The notes beneath the pieces were generated by a model. That model did no database searches. It saw nothing but the letters and a program-made list of their open reading frames with translations, and was not told the origin of the DNA. Shown one piece after another: positions 18,216 through 38,185 of a stretch of 64,000 bases of DNA. The translations under genes were made by a program, and so were the position numbers. The stretch lies in assembly GCF_009914755.1 (NCBI RefSeq), contig NC_060927.1; one strand, 5' to 3'. Position 1 is the first letter of the stretch, and each line of letters starts with the position of its first letter. The DNA comes from the human T2T-CHM13v2.0 reference genome, Homo sapiens.

Positions 18216-20344
18216 CATTTTTTATAGGCATTTTGGGAGACACAAAAGTGAAGCTAATCCCTCACCCCAAAGAGCATACAAGTTAGAGTAGACGGGAGAT
18301 GAAATTAACATGTATACATTTGAAATATAAGCATAGTACAGCTAATAATGAAGGGCTAATCTGTGTATCTCCAAATTAAAAGTACATCTACACTCATATG
18401 CTCTGAGAGCTAGAAGGGAAGAGAAGAGGAGGGAATGACAAATATGCAGTAGTTAGTGGTGTGCCCTCAAAACCTCCATTTCCACGATCTTCTTCAACAA
18501 GACCAGGATGGGACCACTCAGGACAAGGGAAGAGCAACTGCTTGAGATTCTGGAAAGCCTGCCCAGTGGCAGGGAGGGGATGTTCTCTGACTGCTTTGTT
18601 TTACATGATATTTTTAGATAAAAATCTGATATGGTAGGCTAACCATCTGTAGAACCTATGTTTTAGATGTTTCTTCCAAAAGTGAACTTAAACATGAGTT
18701 AGAGCTACTTCTATTCTCTGAACTGGTGTCCTTGTGATAGATGGTACAAATTTGCTGACTAATTTGTTGAAGTTACAGTTAAAATATGTGACCAGGAGCA
18801 GACAGAAAGCAATGACTCTATAGAGGAAATGGACAATGAACTGTGCGTTCTAAGCTATAGGAAGAATATCTTGGAGTATCTTCTATTTTATGCCAAAATG
18901 ACATTGTTGCATTAGTATTCTGCCTCTCTTCTTCCTTCAGTGGGCTTCTTAATGGATGGAGTCAAATAGTTTTCATTTTCTACCCATTTATCTTTCAGAG
19001 ACCATATAAATGATAGGATAGACATTATTCCCACTGACTTATTCTGAAATACTTCTTAAATAAAACTAGCATCACCTTTTGTCCATGTCATTTTGATATT
19101 TGCAGGTGACTTGTTACTCTGGAAATTCCATAACTTCTCCTCTCAGTATCCAGACCTCATTGCCCTTCAGTCATCACTGATAACTGTGGAAGACTGCTCA
19201 CCATACACTCTCACCTGACAATGCTCACCCAATCTGTCCTTCGCAAGGAGATTTGTTCTGGGCTCTACACACCCTCTTTTCTGAGCTTCCTCACCTTCTT
19301 GCAAGGCTGACATTAATTCTGAATTTTAAGCAAGAAAATACGGGGAGTGAGGGAGAAGAAGCCTTTTCTGTTTGTGCACTAAAAAGCATGTTCTGTTTCC
19401 CTCTTTGAAGGAGGAGGGACTTGATAATGGACTGGTTCCCTCCACTTGTTAAAATTCTCATCTTTTAGTATAGAAAAAAACCAAATTGCATGGTAAAGCT
19501 GTCTTTATTTTCTCCATGACTAAACACTGCATTTCTCAGCACTTAACAAGTCATTGTTCTGAAAAATTGGTTTCAGATCAGACCCTGCTTCCTAATGAGG
19601 CAGTGACTTAGTTCGTAATACTTTTTTTTTTTTTCTGGACTCTAAACAGTAGCAGGCAGGAAAAAGGGAACAAAAGATGGATGGGAAATAAAATTGCACC
19701 ATTGCCCCTTTCCAGTGGGGTCTGTCTGTGAGTAATAAAGCGTTGATCGAAGAGCCGGGTCTTTGATTGGAATTCTATGAATCAGCAAGTACTAATTAAA
19801 CAGCTACTGCATGACCAGCTTTGGGCATTGTTGGTTGAGGGCCCAAGGAAAAGGAGGGTTGCTGCAATCTAATTTGGGAGGCAAGATTTTAATCTTGCTA
19901 TTTCTGGGCTTCCTGTCTCTATCACATCAAGTCTGAATCTTTCCTTTTTCTTGGAGGATCTTCCAAAAGCTGTGATTCACCTGCTCTTACAACTTTACTT
20001 GCCATTTTATTCCCCAAAAGGAACTCTTCTTAAATCTGTCTGGTCTCATGCGCCATTTTCATTGGCTTCATTCACTGCTTTCCCATCTCCCTTATTCCAA
20101 ACCCAAAACTTCCACCTTTCAGAGTCTAATTCAAGTTCCATTTTTTTTGAAGTTTCTCAATTGCTGTAGAATTTACTGATCATTTTACTTGATTTCTTCA
20201 ACTTTAGAGCACAAATCTATGTTAAATAATTTGATTCTTGCTTATAAATTATTCTGTATTTTTCACTAACTTCAAGTGTTCCATGAAATTTTCCTTCAGA
20301 GTTGAGAAATATATTGTTTCTCTCAGAGTACTTTTTAAGCATCC

Positions 20345-20530
20345 TTCCATCAAATCAACAATATGTATTAAGTGCTTATTTTGCACCAGCACAGTTCCAA
20401 GGCACTGGAGAGATACAACAAGATGAGACAAAGCTCCTGCCCACATGGAATTATACTCTAGAGAGAGAGGCAGACAATAAACAGACCAAACAAATAGATG
20501 ATCTAATACCAGAGACTGGTAAGTGATGAG
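20345..20530 (-). mobile_element. L2 3' fragment
   Basis: TATTAAGTGCTTATT..CCAAGGCACTGGAGAGATACA..CTCCTGCCCACATGGA. Confidence 0.65.
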
Positions 20531-20979
20531 CACAGTCTTGAATACATGTACATTCTTATCTTAAGAAATCACTGTTTGGAGAACAAGTGCAGACTAATTA
20601 GAGAATAATATAATTAACAACCTCGTGCAAATTATTTGTGCACTTTACAGTTGATCTATGGTATCATCTCGGGTGCTTAACTTTGCGATGCTTCAGTTTC
20701 TTCATTTCTAAATTGTCTATCATGTTACTGTTCCCCAAACCATCAACCCAGCTACTGGGAAGCTGCACCACATCATGGCTATAGGCAGTGCTGCTTCTTG
20801 AAGAGAATCTTCATGCTCATGTTCCCTGATGCATAAGTACAGAATCACATCAAAAACAATATTACCCCCTCCCACACTCCAACGATCACACTTAGTTACT
20901 TGCATAATTTTCTGGTCTTTCAATTGTTCGAAACCAAGCCTCTAATAATTATTCTCAGTTTTGATTCATATTGAATTAA

Positions 20980-21230
20980 AGGGACTTTAGAATCACCTAA
21001 TCCATGACCTCACATTACAGGTGGAGAAATCAAGGCCAAAAATATAGAGGCCAATAAGTTACTGTAATCGTATTTGGGCATGACATATCTGATCGTAGCT
21101 CACTGCAGCCTAGACCTCCCAGGCTGCAAGTCGAGGCTGCAGTGAGCTACAGTTGGGAATGTCATGCCCGAATACAATATAGTAACTTGTTCGCAAAATC
21201 AGGACTAAAGCCTAGACTGCTGATACTCCC
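20980..21230 (-). mobile_element. MIR/MIR3 fragment interrupted by a hairpin
   Basis: GGGACTTTAGAATCACCTAATCC..TTACAGGTGGAGAAATCAAGGCC then CAGGACTAAAGCCTAG. Confidence 0.55.
21053..21191. repeat. 139-bp inverted repeat (about 62-bp arms, 14-nt loop) with Alu-derived apex
   Basis: Arm 21053-21115 is the near-complete reverse complement of 21130-21191. Confidence 0.95.
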
Positions 21231-21959
21231 CTCCACCCCCAGCTATAATTTCATTATTTCGTTCCATCTAATCTGGAATGGCTTTCTTTGACCCTTACAG
21301 GCTGCCAAGGCGGATATTAGAGCTTATTGTATTCTCTGCTGTGGGACTATTTCCCCAGCAAATACTAAGCTCTGAAAGCCCACCTGCTTATGGCCCTGTC
21401 CCTGCTGTATACTGTACTGCCTGGCACATTGGTGCACCCAGTAAATTTTGGTTGAATGATGGCATTATTAGTGAATAATTTAAGTGCATCTTACTTTTGC
21501 AGGAAATCCATTTCTAAAGAGTGATGTGTGAAATGAATGTTAGTAAATAGAATATGACTTTCTTCTTTTTTTTTTCCCATTCAGAAAAGATGACTATATT
21601 TATTTTGGATTTGCCTTTGATTGGCAGTAGTTCCTTGCATTTTATGCTTTATGTTTCTTCCCCCGTTCAGGGACTTTGTAAAGCAGTTCATAGTGTGTAA
21701 ACCGACACTCGAGTATACTAAAGGAACAACTATTTAAGCTCACTGTGATTAACTTTTCGTATATTGAAGAATAGTTTATTCTGTCTGTTTCCTCAACCTA
21801 TTATAGATCTACTTACCACTCCTGGATTTCACATGTTGATTTTTCTCATTCCATGTTGGAATGTTAAGAACCGAAACCAAGTTTGGAGTGGTCCTAGAGT
21901 GAGGACAAAGCATAAGCAACATCATAGAACAGTCAGTGTTGTAAAAGACTAGCAAGTGA

Positions 21960-22246
21960 GGCTGGGCACGGTGGCTCATGCCTGTAATCCCAGCACTTTG
22001 GGAGGCCAAGATGGGTGGGTGGCTTGAGCCCAGGATTTTGAGATCAGTCTGAGCAACCTGATGAAACCCCGTCTCTACAAAAAATGGAAAATAAATCAGT
22101 CAGGCATGGTGGTGTGCGCCTGTAGTTCCAGCTACTCAGGAGGCTGAGGCTGGAGGATAGCTTGAGCCTGGGAGGTCGAGGCTGCAGTGAACCATGATCA
22201 CACGAATGCACTCAGCCTGGGCAACAGAGTGAGACCCTGACTCAAA

Positions 22247-22272
<26 letters not shown>
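21960..22272 (+). mobile_element. AluJ with (GA)n tail
   Basis: 18-bp TSD aaaagactagcaagtgag at 21943 and 22273. Confidence 0.93.
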
Positions 22273-22277
<5 letters not shown>

Positions 22278-22778
22278 ACTAGCAAGTGAGAAAAGACTAG
22301 GGGGTAGACTGAGAGACTGAGATGTGTTGTACAGTCTTGAGTGTCAGGATGGGGAAACTGCATTTAACTTGGTACATCTTTGAAGATTTGATTCATTCAA
22401 ACCTCTTAGCTATAATCTAGCCAAATTCCTTACCCAATACATTGAAAATTCCCCCTTTGAAGGGTTTTTAGCAGAGCTTTTCACGTTCTTCTTGATCTGC
22501 CCTTGACTTGTCATTCTGGCCTCATTCCTTATATATCCACCAACTGAAATGATGAGCTTCTTCTAGTTTACTGAGCACTCCTTGTTCTATTGCCTCTGGA
22601 TCTTCACCTCCCCTCATAGCTCTGTATTGATGGTGAACTCTAACTCATTTGTATTTGTAAACATTGTCATCCTGCATTTATTCATTCATTTAGCAAATCA
22701 TTTGAGTGCTGACTATGTGCAGTGTGTGGTGTACATGACTTAAGGAAATTTAGTAATAAACAAAATCTTCCCAAATAA

Positions 22779-23227
<449 letters not shown>

Positions 23228-23399
23228 AGTATTACTTCTTATTAAAATAAGAAATGAATGTACACTTGGAATGAAGAGGGAGTTTTTGGTGTAGTGGGTA
23301 AGGGATTTGGCTAGATGACATCTAAGGGGTCTGAATAATCTGAGTCACAATTCTATAACACATTTCATAAATGAAACATTGAACTCTAACTTACTCTTA

Positions 23400-23680
23400 A
23401 GGTTTCACATATCATTTCTACCAGGAGCCTTTCCTGTCCCCCACCAATTGAGTTGGACACTGGTCCTGCTCACTCCTTCCCCTTGGTGACCCTGTCATAC
23501 CACCTATCACTCTGAGTTCTGATTGCTTGCTGAAATGTCTGTATCCATCTCCAGATAGTAAGCTCCTTGGGAAGGGACTCTGACATGTTCACCACTGTAT
23601 TCCCATTGCCTGGCACACAATGGCATGAGTATTTGATGCATGAATAAAGGAAATAATGAGCAAATAAATGCATGGGTGGA
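23400..23680 (+). mobile_element. L2 3' end
   Basis: GTAAGCTCCTTGGGAAGGGAC..GCCTGGCACACAATGG..ATGAATAAA. Confidence 0.7.
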
Positions 23681-24686
23681 ATGAAGTAATTGGTGCTGCT
23701 CTTTAGGAATATAACTGGAAAGAGAGAGAGAGAGAGTAGGTGGTGGTTCTGATAGTAATCCAGGTAAAATAGGAAGGGGCTTAAACCAGGTAACAGAAAG
23801 AGTACAAACAGGGCTCAGACAAAATATGAGGAAATTTAGTGACTGATTGAATATACAGAGTGAGGAATGAGGAATGGTCTAAACATGGAGGTTTTGAGTT
23901 TATAAGAATGGTGGCAAGGTGCATGGAAACAGGGAAGTCAGAACGAGAAGGTTTGGGGTGGTTAGTGGTAGGGGGAAATGAGTTTGGCTTTAGACATGTT
24001 TTTTTAGGATGCTACAGGATACCAGAGTCATGCATGTTTAATATCATCTACTAAAGATAATTTTATGGTTCATTTTCCTGATTCATGAAAATGTATCAGA
24101 ATTGAGTTACTCATGTTTGAATGGCAGATCTGGCCTCTTTTTCATCCTCACTGTTAATCCTTGGATTGTTTGAAAGATCCTACCTTCTTTCCTTAATGTG
24201 GATATCTGGCTTGCTTGGGAAAGTCAGCTGTTTTTTTGCACTTCAATTCAGGCAAGATCTTGTATGCCCAGGAAATTAATGTTTTGAGCCCATTTCCGTG
24301 AGATTCCTCTCAAATGCCACGGCAAGGGAAAGTAATCTAGGACAGTCCCTATAACTCATGATACTACCTTCTCTGCTTGCATCGTGGGTCACACATGCAC
24401 TGACTCTGCAAAGGTGGAATGCTTTGGTCATGGCAAAGCCACTGCCAGGTCAGATGGCAAAAGAAATGTCCTCTCATAAGGTTACTCTCAGGGTTAACAT
24501 AAGAAAAGAGTGACGCAGAGGAAGTTTGTCTTTGGCATTTTTGTTTGTTGCTGCTCTTCTCATCCTTTTTTACTAGACCCTCCCCACTTTACACTCTTCC
24601 CAGTGTCTGATCTAGGCAGGAATCTTCCCTTGACATCCTGGGCCATTTGAAAAGAATAAGATAATGCCATTCAAACTTAGGTGTTA

Positions 24687-24988
<302 letters not shown>

Positions 24989-25043
24989 TTAGGTATTAAT
25001 GTTAAACCTAATTTATTTTACTTAGTTATCTGTGGTAGACCTA

Positions 25044-25204
25044 TTTTTTTTTTTTTCTTAGAGACAGGTTCTCACCCTGTCACCCAGGCTGGGGTGTAGT
25101 GGCATGATCATAGCTCACTGGAGGCTTGAACTCCTGGGATCAAACGATCCTCCTGTCTCAGCTTCCCAAGTAGTTGGGATTACAGGCACAAGCCACTGTG
25201 GGCA
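25044..25204 (-). mobile_element. Alu right monomer (FRAM-like)
   Basis: ATGATCATAGCTCACTG..GGGATTACAGGCACAAGCCACTG. Confidence 0.8.
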
Positions 25205-25413
25205 GTGGTATTCCTATTTTAATAAGGATAAGTTTCTTTGTAATATCTGAGGATGCTGGAAAATTTGTTGGCCCCATGGTATGGCTTCTGAAGGCAAAGG
25301 GAGAAGCCCGGGGGTCTGCTCCTTGTACTATTATGGACAGACATTGTACTTGGACAAACTGAATGAACACAGCCTCAGTTTCTTTGTCTATGAAACAGGC
25401 GGTTAAACTTAAT

Positions 25414-26197
25414 CAGTGGTTTTCAGCTATATCTGACTCAGGGTCATCTCTTTTATTTGAAACTCCCTTGTTACTATCCTGAAATGAAATTCAGAGATGA
25501 TATGTTACTTATATAAATAATTAAAAAATCAATATAGTATCTTAACTGTAACATAAAAAGAAATAAGTGGATTTTCTATAAAACAGTATGTATTCCAGTA
25601 TGCAAATGCTAAGGCCCACCTACACCAAAGATATACTAAAATAGTTGGATGCTTGCAGCTGTATGTGGAATCACCATGACTGTGATAGCTACAAATGCTA
25701 CCCCCATGAGTGTGTAATATTAGCCTTCGTTTATTATTTTTATTGACCATCAAATACAACTATAGTAGCATTGCTGTCAGTGATGTGATTTTCCAAAGTG
25801 ATGAACAATTCTCGGTAAGGTTCCAAACAAAATAAAGTATAATCTTCCCTTCTTTGTTGCTCTCCTAAAAAAAAAAAAAAACTGTGCAAAAAAACCCCCC
25901 AAAAACCAAACAAACAAAAACAAATCACATGCTTATATGTTCTAGGCTCAGGTAATTGCAAATATGTTTATCACCCATGTGATTGACAGACTGGCATTTG
26001 GAAAGTCAAAGTGGAAGTGAGATTGTTCAATGTGGGCGGGACTCTTCTCCACATTGCAGTGTCCAGCATCCCTCGTCACCTCCACTAAATGCTAGGAGAT
26101 TCTCTCCAAATTATTGGGAGTGCAACAAAAACTCCCACCACAATTTATAAAATGTTCCATGGGAGGGAGGCACTACTATTTCCCTCGAGAATTACGG
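25414..26197. mobile_element. hAT-Charlie DNA transposon relic (MER20B-like)
   Basis: CAGTGGTTTTCA terminus; GTGATGTGATTTTCCAAA..GTTCCAAACAAAA; MER20-like CAGCATCCCT..CCACTAAATGC end. Confidence 0.55.
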
Positions 26198-26427
26198 AAT
26201 TAAATGATATTTTAAGTCTGTAGAGGCACTGCCAAGGGCAGATCCAGTTATTGTGGGCTCCAAAGCTTATTCCATTTGGGAGCCCTCTCTTTAAACAAAG
26301 AATCAAAATTATAAATACAGTATTAGGTATGAACATGAGCATTTATCTATAATGGGAACAGAAATTGCAACAAAATACACAATCTTAAAAAACTGATGAA
26401 TACCATAAACATCACAAACACCTACTA

Positions 26428-26650
26428 CAGGGGTGTCCAATCTTTTGGCTTCCCTGGGCCACATTGGAAGAACAAGAATTATCTTGGGCCACACATAAAA
26501 TACACTAACACTACTGATAGCTGATGAGATAAAAAAAAAATCACAAAAAAATCTCATAACGTTTTAAGAAAGTCTGTCAATTTGTATTGGGCTGTATTCA
26601 AACCTGTCCTGGGCCACATGCAGCCCGTGGGCCACAATTGGACAAACTTG
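26428..26650 (+). mobile_element. MER30
   Basis: CAGGGGTGTCCAATCTTTTGGCTTCCCTGGGCCAC..TTGGACAAACTTG; TSD accta(c/g)ta. Confidence 0.92.
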
Positions 26651-26677
26651 ACCTAGTATTTTAAAAAATCAGTTGAC

Positions 26678-27290
<613 letters not shown>

Positions 27291-28616
27291 AGAAGTGAAA
27301 ACAAAAACTTAACTCTATACAAAAGTGACTGTGAGCTATATAAATATTTCCCACTGAAGCAAAACTAAATGTATCTACAATTCGACTTCCTCTTATCCAG
27401 ATTCCAAAAATGACTTCTATTCTAATGGTACTCAACCCTAGATGTGTGATGGAAGGGAAGTCAGAGTGGAAAGACAAAATTCTTAACAATGTTGGTTGAA
27501 AACACTTTATGTTTGCAAATTACCTGTTTTAATGTGTGTGTGTGAGTGTGTGTGTGTGTGTCTGTGTGTTGGAATTGTGAGTATAAGTGTATTTCTATAT
27601 GAATACATTGTGGAGAGGAGAGACCCTTCCAGGGCTTTGAAAGGGGCCTGTGCAAGCTTAAGTTCCAATAGCTTCATGGTGAATTGGACACTGTCTAATA
27701 CTCTATAATTCTATGAATTAATCCCTAATGTTGAGGATGAGAGGAGTTGGGGTGGGAGCCTTCCCAAATCCTCTAACATTATATAACACATAGCACTTCC
27801 TCTATTTCTAATAAGGCAGGATTTTCTCCTCTAATTATATGTCCTGTTGCATTTTTTTTTCTTGTGATGCCAAATTCTGGGTGATAAGCCACTTAAAAAT
27901 TGTAAACAAATTTTTACTACTGGAAAAATAATAAATTCACATATTTTAGAGATTCAAGTAAGGCTGATAAAAATCAGCAGTCCCATGGCCTCTCCCAATC
28001 CAACAGTCAACCACTTTCATCCAACTTTTTAAGATTATTTCAGGTTTTAAAAATATTTTAAAAATTATTTATATACTATGGTCTCTCAGGTCATTATTTT
28101 AGACATTATTGCCTCTATCATAACCTATGCAAAATTTAGCTTTCAGCTTTATTGTTTTCTTTCCTGGAGCCATCCCTTCTGGAGCCTCCTACTGCTCCCT
28201 TCGGATCTGGACCCATCATTCTCCAGGACTCTCGTATGGTTGTTTTCCTAGGGCTTCCCTTTGCCAGCACCCTGAGGTATTGAGAAAGTCCTTTCATCTC
28301 TGTCCTGTGTAGTATTTCTGATTCCTGGCTCTCATATTCTTCTTTTTTTCTTGGTTTACTCTTCTATTTTGATGAAATATATCTTACAGTAGCTTTCTGA
28401 AAAAGAATATATAGGAGGCAAGTCTTTAGAAACTGCAAATTTAAAAAAAACCTATATATTTTTCACTCTTAGGTCAAAAGTAATTTCCCATCACATCAGA
28501 ATTCCGAAGGCATTGTTCCAATGTTTTCCATCTTCAGTCTTGCTGATAAGTCAAATACAATTTGACTTCCACTTCTTTGTAGGTAACCTGTTTCTTCTCT
28601 TTGGGTGTTTTCAGCA

Positions 28617-28912
28617 TTTTTTTTTTTTTTGAGACAGAGTCTCACTCTGTCACCCAAGCTGGAGTGCAGTGGCATGACCTCCGCTCACTGCAACCTCTAC
28701 CTCTCCGTTGAAATAATTCTCATGCCTCAGCCTCTGAGCAGCTGAGATTACAGGTGTGTACCACCATGCCCACCTAATTTTTAAATTTTTTTAGTAGAGA
28801 CAGGGTTTTGCCATATTGCCCAGTCTGGTCTTGAACTCCTGGCCTCAAGCGATCTGCCAGTCTTGGCCTCCCAAAGTGCTGGGAATACAGGCATGAGCCA
28901 CTGCACCTGGCC
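28617..28912 (-). mobile_element. Alu (S/J)
   Basis: Antisense dimeric Alu. Confidence 0.9.
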
Positions 28913-29351
28913 TGGATGTTTTTAGGATCTTTCATTTAACCCTGGTATTCTGAAAATTTATAATAATTTGCCCAGTGTGTGTTGTTTTTTAGTCACTGGG
29001 TTGGACACTTGGTGGGTGGACTTTTTTAGTCTGGAGGATCATGTCCCTTGGATTTGGGAAATTTTCGTCCATTTTTTTAAGTTTAAAAAATAATATTCTC
29101 CCTACTGTTTGCTTTGTTTTTGTGTTCTGGAACTATTATTTAGAAATTGGATTTCCTGGAATGTTTCTAATTTCTGTTTCTTTTTATTATTATTGTCAAT
29201 TTTTTGGTCTTTTCTTGTTCTACTTCTACCTTTTAGGAAATTTTCATGGATTTAAAATTTTTATGTATTTTTAATTTTGAAGAACTTTTTTTCTTCTTAG
29301 ATTATTACTCTAAAACTTTTATATAGTATCCTGCTATTATTTCAAGGATGA

Positions 29352-29670
<319 letters not shown>

Positions 29671-29677
29671 TGAGTTC

Positions 29678-29678
<1 letters not shown>

Positions 29679-29724
<46 letters not shown>
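29679..29724. repeat. (TTA)n microsatellite (L1 tail)
   Basis: About 15 uninterrupted TTA units. Confidence 0.95.
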
Positions 29725-29725
<1 letters not shown>

Positions 29726-29919
29726 CTTTAGGTTCTAGGGTACATGTGCACAACGTGCAGGTTTGTTACATATGTATACATGTGCCATGTTGGTGTGCTG
29801 CACCCATTAACTCATCATTTACATTAGGTATATCTCCTAATGCTATCCCTCCCCACTCTCCCCACCCCACAACAGGACCCGGTGGGTGATGTTCCCTGCC
29901 CTGTGTCCAAGTGTTCTCA

Positions 29920-33746
<3,827 letters not shown>

Positions 33747-33809
33747 TATGATATTAGTTGGTTATTTTGCTTGTTAGTTGATGCAGTTTCTTCCTAGAAT
33801 TGATGGTCT

Positions 33810-34835
33810 TTACAATTTGGCATGTTTTTGCAGTGGCTTGTACAGGTTGTTCCTTTCCATGTTTAGTGCTTCCTTCAGGAGCTCTTGTAAGGCAGGCCTG
33901 GTGTTGACAAAATCTCTCAGCATTTGCTTGTCTGTTAAGGATTTTATTTCTCCTTCACTTATGAAGCTTAGTTTGGCTGGATATGAAATTCTGGGTTGAA
34001 AATTCTTTTCTTTAAGAATGCTGAATATTGGCCCCCACTCTCTTCTGGCTTGTAGAGTTTCTGCCGAGAGATCCACTGTTAGTCTGATGGGCTTCCCTTT
34101 GTGGGTAACCCGACCCTCCTCTCTGGCTGCCCTTAATATTTTTTCCTTCATTTCAACTTTGGTGAATCTGATAATTATGTGTCTTGGGGTTGCTCTTCTC
34201 AAGGAGTATCTTTGTGGCGTTCTCTGTATTTCCTGAATTTGAATGTTTACCTGCCTTGCTAGGTTGGGGAAGTTCTCCTGGATAATATCCTGAAGAGTGT
34301 TTTCCAACTTGGGTCCCTTCTCCCTGTCACTTTCAGGTACACTAATTAGACTTAGATTTGGTCTTTTCACATAGTCCCATATTTCTTGAAGGCTTTGTTC
34401 ATTTCTTTTTACTCTTTTTTCTCTAAACTTCTCTTCTCACTTCATTTCATTCATTTGATATTCAGTCACTGATACCCTTTCTTCCACTTGATCGAATCGG
34501 CTACTGAAGCTTGTGCATGTGTCACGTAGTTCTCGTGCCATGGTTTTCAGCTCCATGAGGTCATTTAAGGTCTTCTCTATGCTGTTTATTCTAGTCAGCC
34601 ATTCGTCTAATCTTTTTTCAAGGTTTTTAGCTTCTTTGCAATGGGTTTGAACATCCTCCTTTAGCTTGGAGAAGTTTGTTATTGCTGATTGTCTGAAGCC
34701 TTCTTCTCTCAACTCGTCAAAGTCATTCTCCGTCCAGCTTTTTTCTGTTGCTGGAGAGGAGCTGCGTTCCTTTGGAGGAGAAGAGGCACTCTGATTTTTA
34801 GAATTTTCAGCTTTTCTGCTCTGGTTTCTCCCCAT
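33810..34835 (-). pseudogene. L1 ORF1, split into two ORFs
   Basis: ORFs 34437-34835 and 33810-34370 (ARREWG, YPAKLS). Confidence 0.93.
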
Positions 34836-36109
34836 CTTTGTGGTTTTATCTACCTTTGGTCTTTGATGTTGGTGACATACAGATGGGGTTTTGGTGTGGA
34901 TGTCCTTTCTGTTTGTTAGTTTTCCTTCTAACAGTCAGGACCCTCAGCTGCAGGTCTGCTGGAGTTTGCTGGAGGTCCATTCCAGACCCTGTTTGCCTGG
35001 GTATCACCAGCAGAGGCTGCAGAACAGCAACTATTGCAGAACAGCAAATGTTGCTGCCTGATCCTTCCTCTGGAAGCTTCGTCTCAGAGGGGCACCTGGC
35101 TGTATGAGGTGTCTGTCAGCCCTTACTGGGAGGTGTCTCTCAGTTAGGCTACCTTGGGGTCAGGGACCCACTTGACGAGGCAGTCTGTCTGTTCTCAGAT
35201 CTCAAAATCTGTGCTGGGAGAACCACTACTCTCTTCAAAGCTGTCAGACGGGGACGTTTAAGTCTGCAGAAGTTTCTGCTGCCTTTTGTTCAGCTATGCC
35301 CTGCCCCCAGAGGTGGAGTCTACAGAGGCAGGCAGGCCTCCTTGAGCTGCAGTGGGCTCCACCCAGTTCGAGCTTCCTGGCCACTTTGTTTACCTACTCA
35401 AGCCTCAGCAATAGTGGACGCCCTTCCCCCAGCCTCACTGCTGCCTTGCAGTTCGATCTCAGACTGCTGTGCTAGCAGTGAGCGAGGCTCCATGGGGGTG
35501 GGACCCTCTGAGCCATGTGCGGGATATAATCTCCTGGTGTGCTGTTTGCTAAGACCATTGGAAAAGCGCAGTATTAGGGGGTGGGAGTGTCCCGATTTTC
35601 CAGAAACCGTCTGTCACGGCTTCCCTTGGCTAGAAAATGTAGAAAAGGGAATTCCCCGACCCCTTGCACTTCCCGGGTGAGGTGATGCCTCACCCTGCTT
35701 CAGCTCACACTCTGTGGACTGCACCCACTGTCCGACAAGCCCCAATGCTGTCGGACAAGCCCCAGTGAGATTAACCTGGTACCTCAGCTGGAAATGCAGA
35801 AATCACCCATCTTCTGCATCACTCACGCTGGGAGCTGTAGACTGGAGGTGTTCCTATTTGGCCATGTTTCTCCAAAGCTCCATTTCTCTGAGTTCTGAGT
35901 GACTTTTCTTCTGCTCCTTGGGTTGTATCTGTTTTCTCTGAGTGTTTGTTTTGTTTTGTTTTGTTTCATTTATTTTATCCCACTATATTAGAAATATTTC
36001 TAATATTTCTCAAATGTCTCACATTTCTAATATTTGTCAAATGTCTGATGGTCTTAGGTTGTCTATTCATATTTAAGGATAAAGTCTAAAGAGCTGTTTG
36101 TGTATCTAA

Positions 36110-36606
<497 letters not shown>

Positions 36607-36953
36607 GTGTATGTGCAGGACTTGTTCTCTGATAGGCTTAACAACAGGACAATTGGATTGGTGGATGGTTGGCTTTTTTTGTTTGAGATCCCCAAATATC
36701 AGCATCTTTAGGTCTTTGCCCATCTGCCATTCAGTTTCTCCAAGAAAGAAACTTACAGAATATTCTCCAGTCTATTCATCCACATTACATCCATATTACA
36801 GCCCATTCATGCAATCTCCCACTTGAGGTGTCTAAGAAGCCAACTGCCATCATCTTATAGCTATGCAGTGGAAAGGACTGAGGTTCTCATATTCAGTCTG
36901 CAGATTTTCCCTTATCTCCCAGTTTTCAGTTCTTTTCCTCAACAACTCTCTAG

Positions 36954-37358
<405 letters not shown>

Positions 37359-37887
37359 TAACCTTTCTCTGTTCTGTTAAGTCATTTATCCTTTCTCTAT
37401 CCATTTTCTGACTTTATATGGAGTTTCTCTTTGTTTTCTTCCTCATCTTGGAGAGAGTTTTGAGAGGAAAAGAATGCCATGTTGATACTGAAAATCCAAA
37501 AAAAAAAAAAAAAAAATTCATCCAGATGTGTAACCTCTCTTTGGGGATAAGCTTAAAGTGTAACAATATTGATGACAAATGGAAAGTCTTATCAGAGGAA
37601 GCTTAATTCTGTACTAATGGGGAACATTAGGAAAAGGCTTCTAGACAACTCAAGTGTTAAATAGGATTGGAGGAGGACGAGGTGAGAGGTACCATCTACA
37701 GTCAATGATTCTGATAGTTCATACCTTTTGGCCCTGTAATTGCCGCTCTATGACTATGTCTTAAGGAATAACCAGAAACTTGGGCTAATAAATGTGCAAT
37801 TGTGTTCATTGTTACTAGACATATGGTCTAAATTAGTGAAGCCATGGCAAAATAAAATATGATATACTCATTGATATATTAATATAG

Positions 37888-38185
<298 letters not shown>

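Noticed and set aside
18779-18848. Acidic peptide-like frame KICDQEQTESNDSIEEMDNEL
   Set aside because: Weak splice signals, short, not recognised
21560-21740. Two strong acceptor-like tracts (21584, 21670)
   Set aside because: No matching donor; frames close quickly
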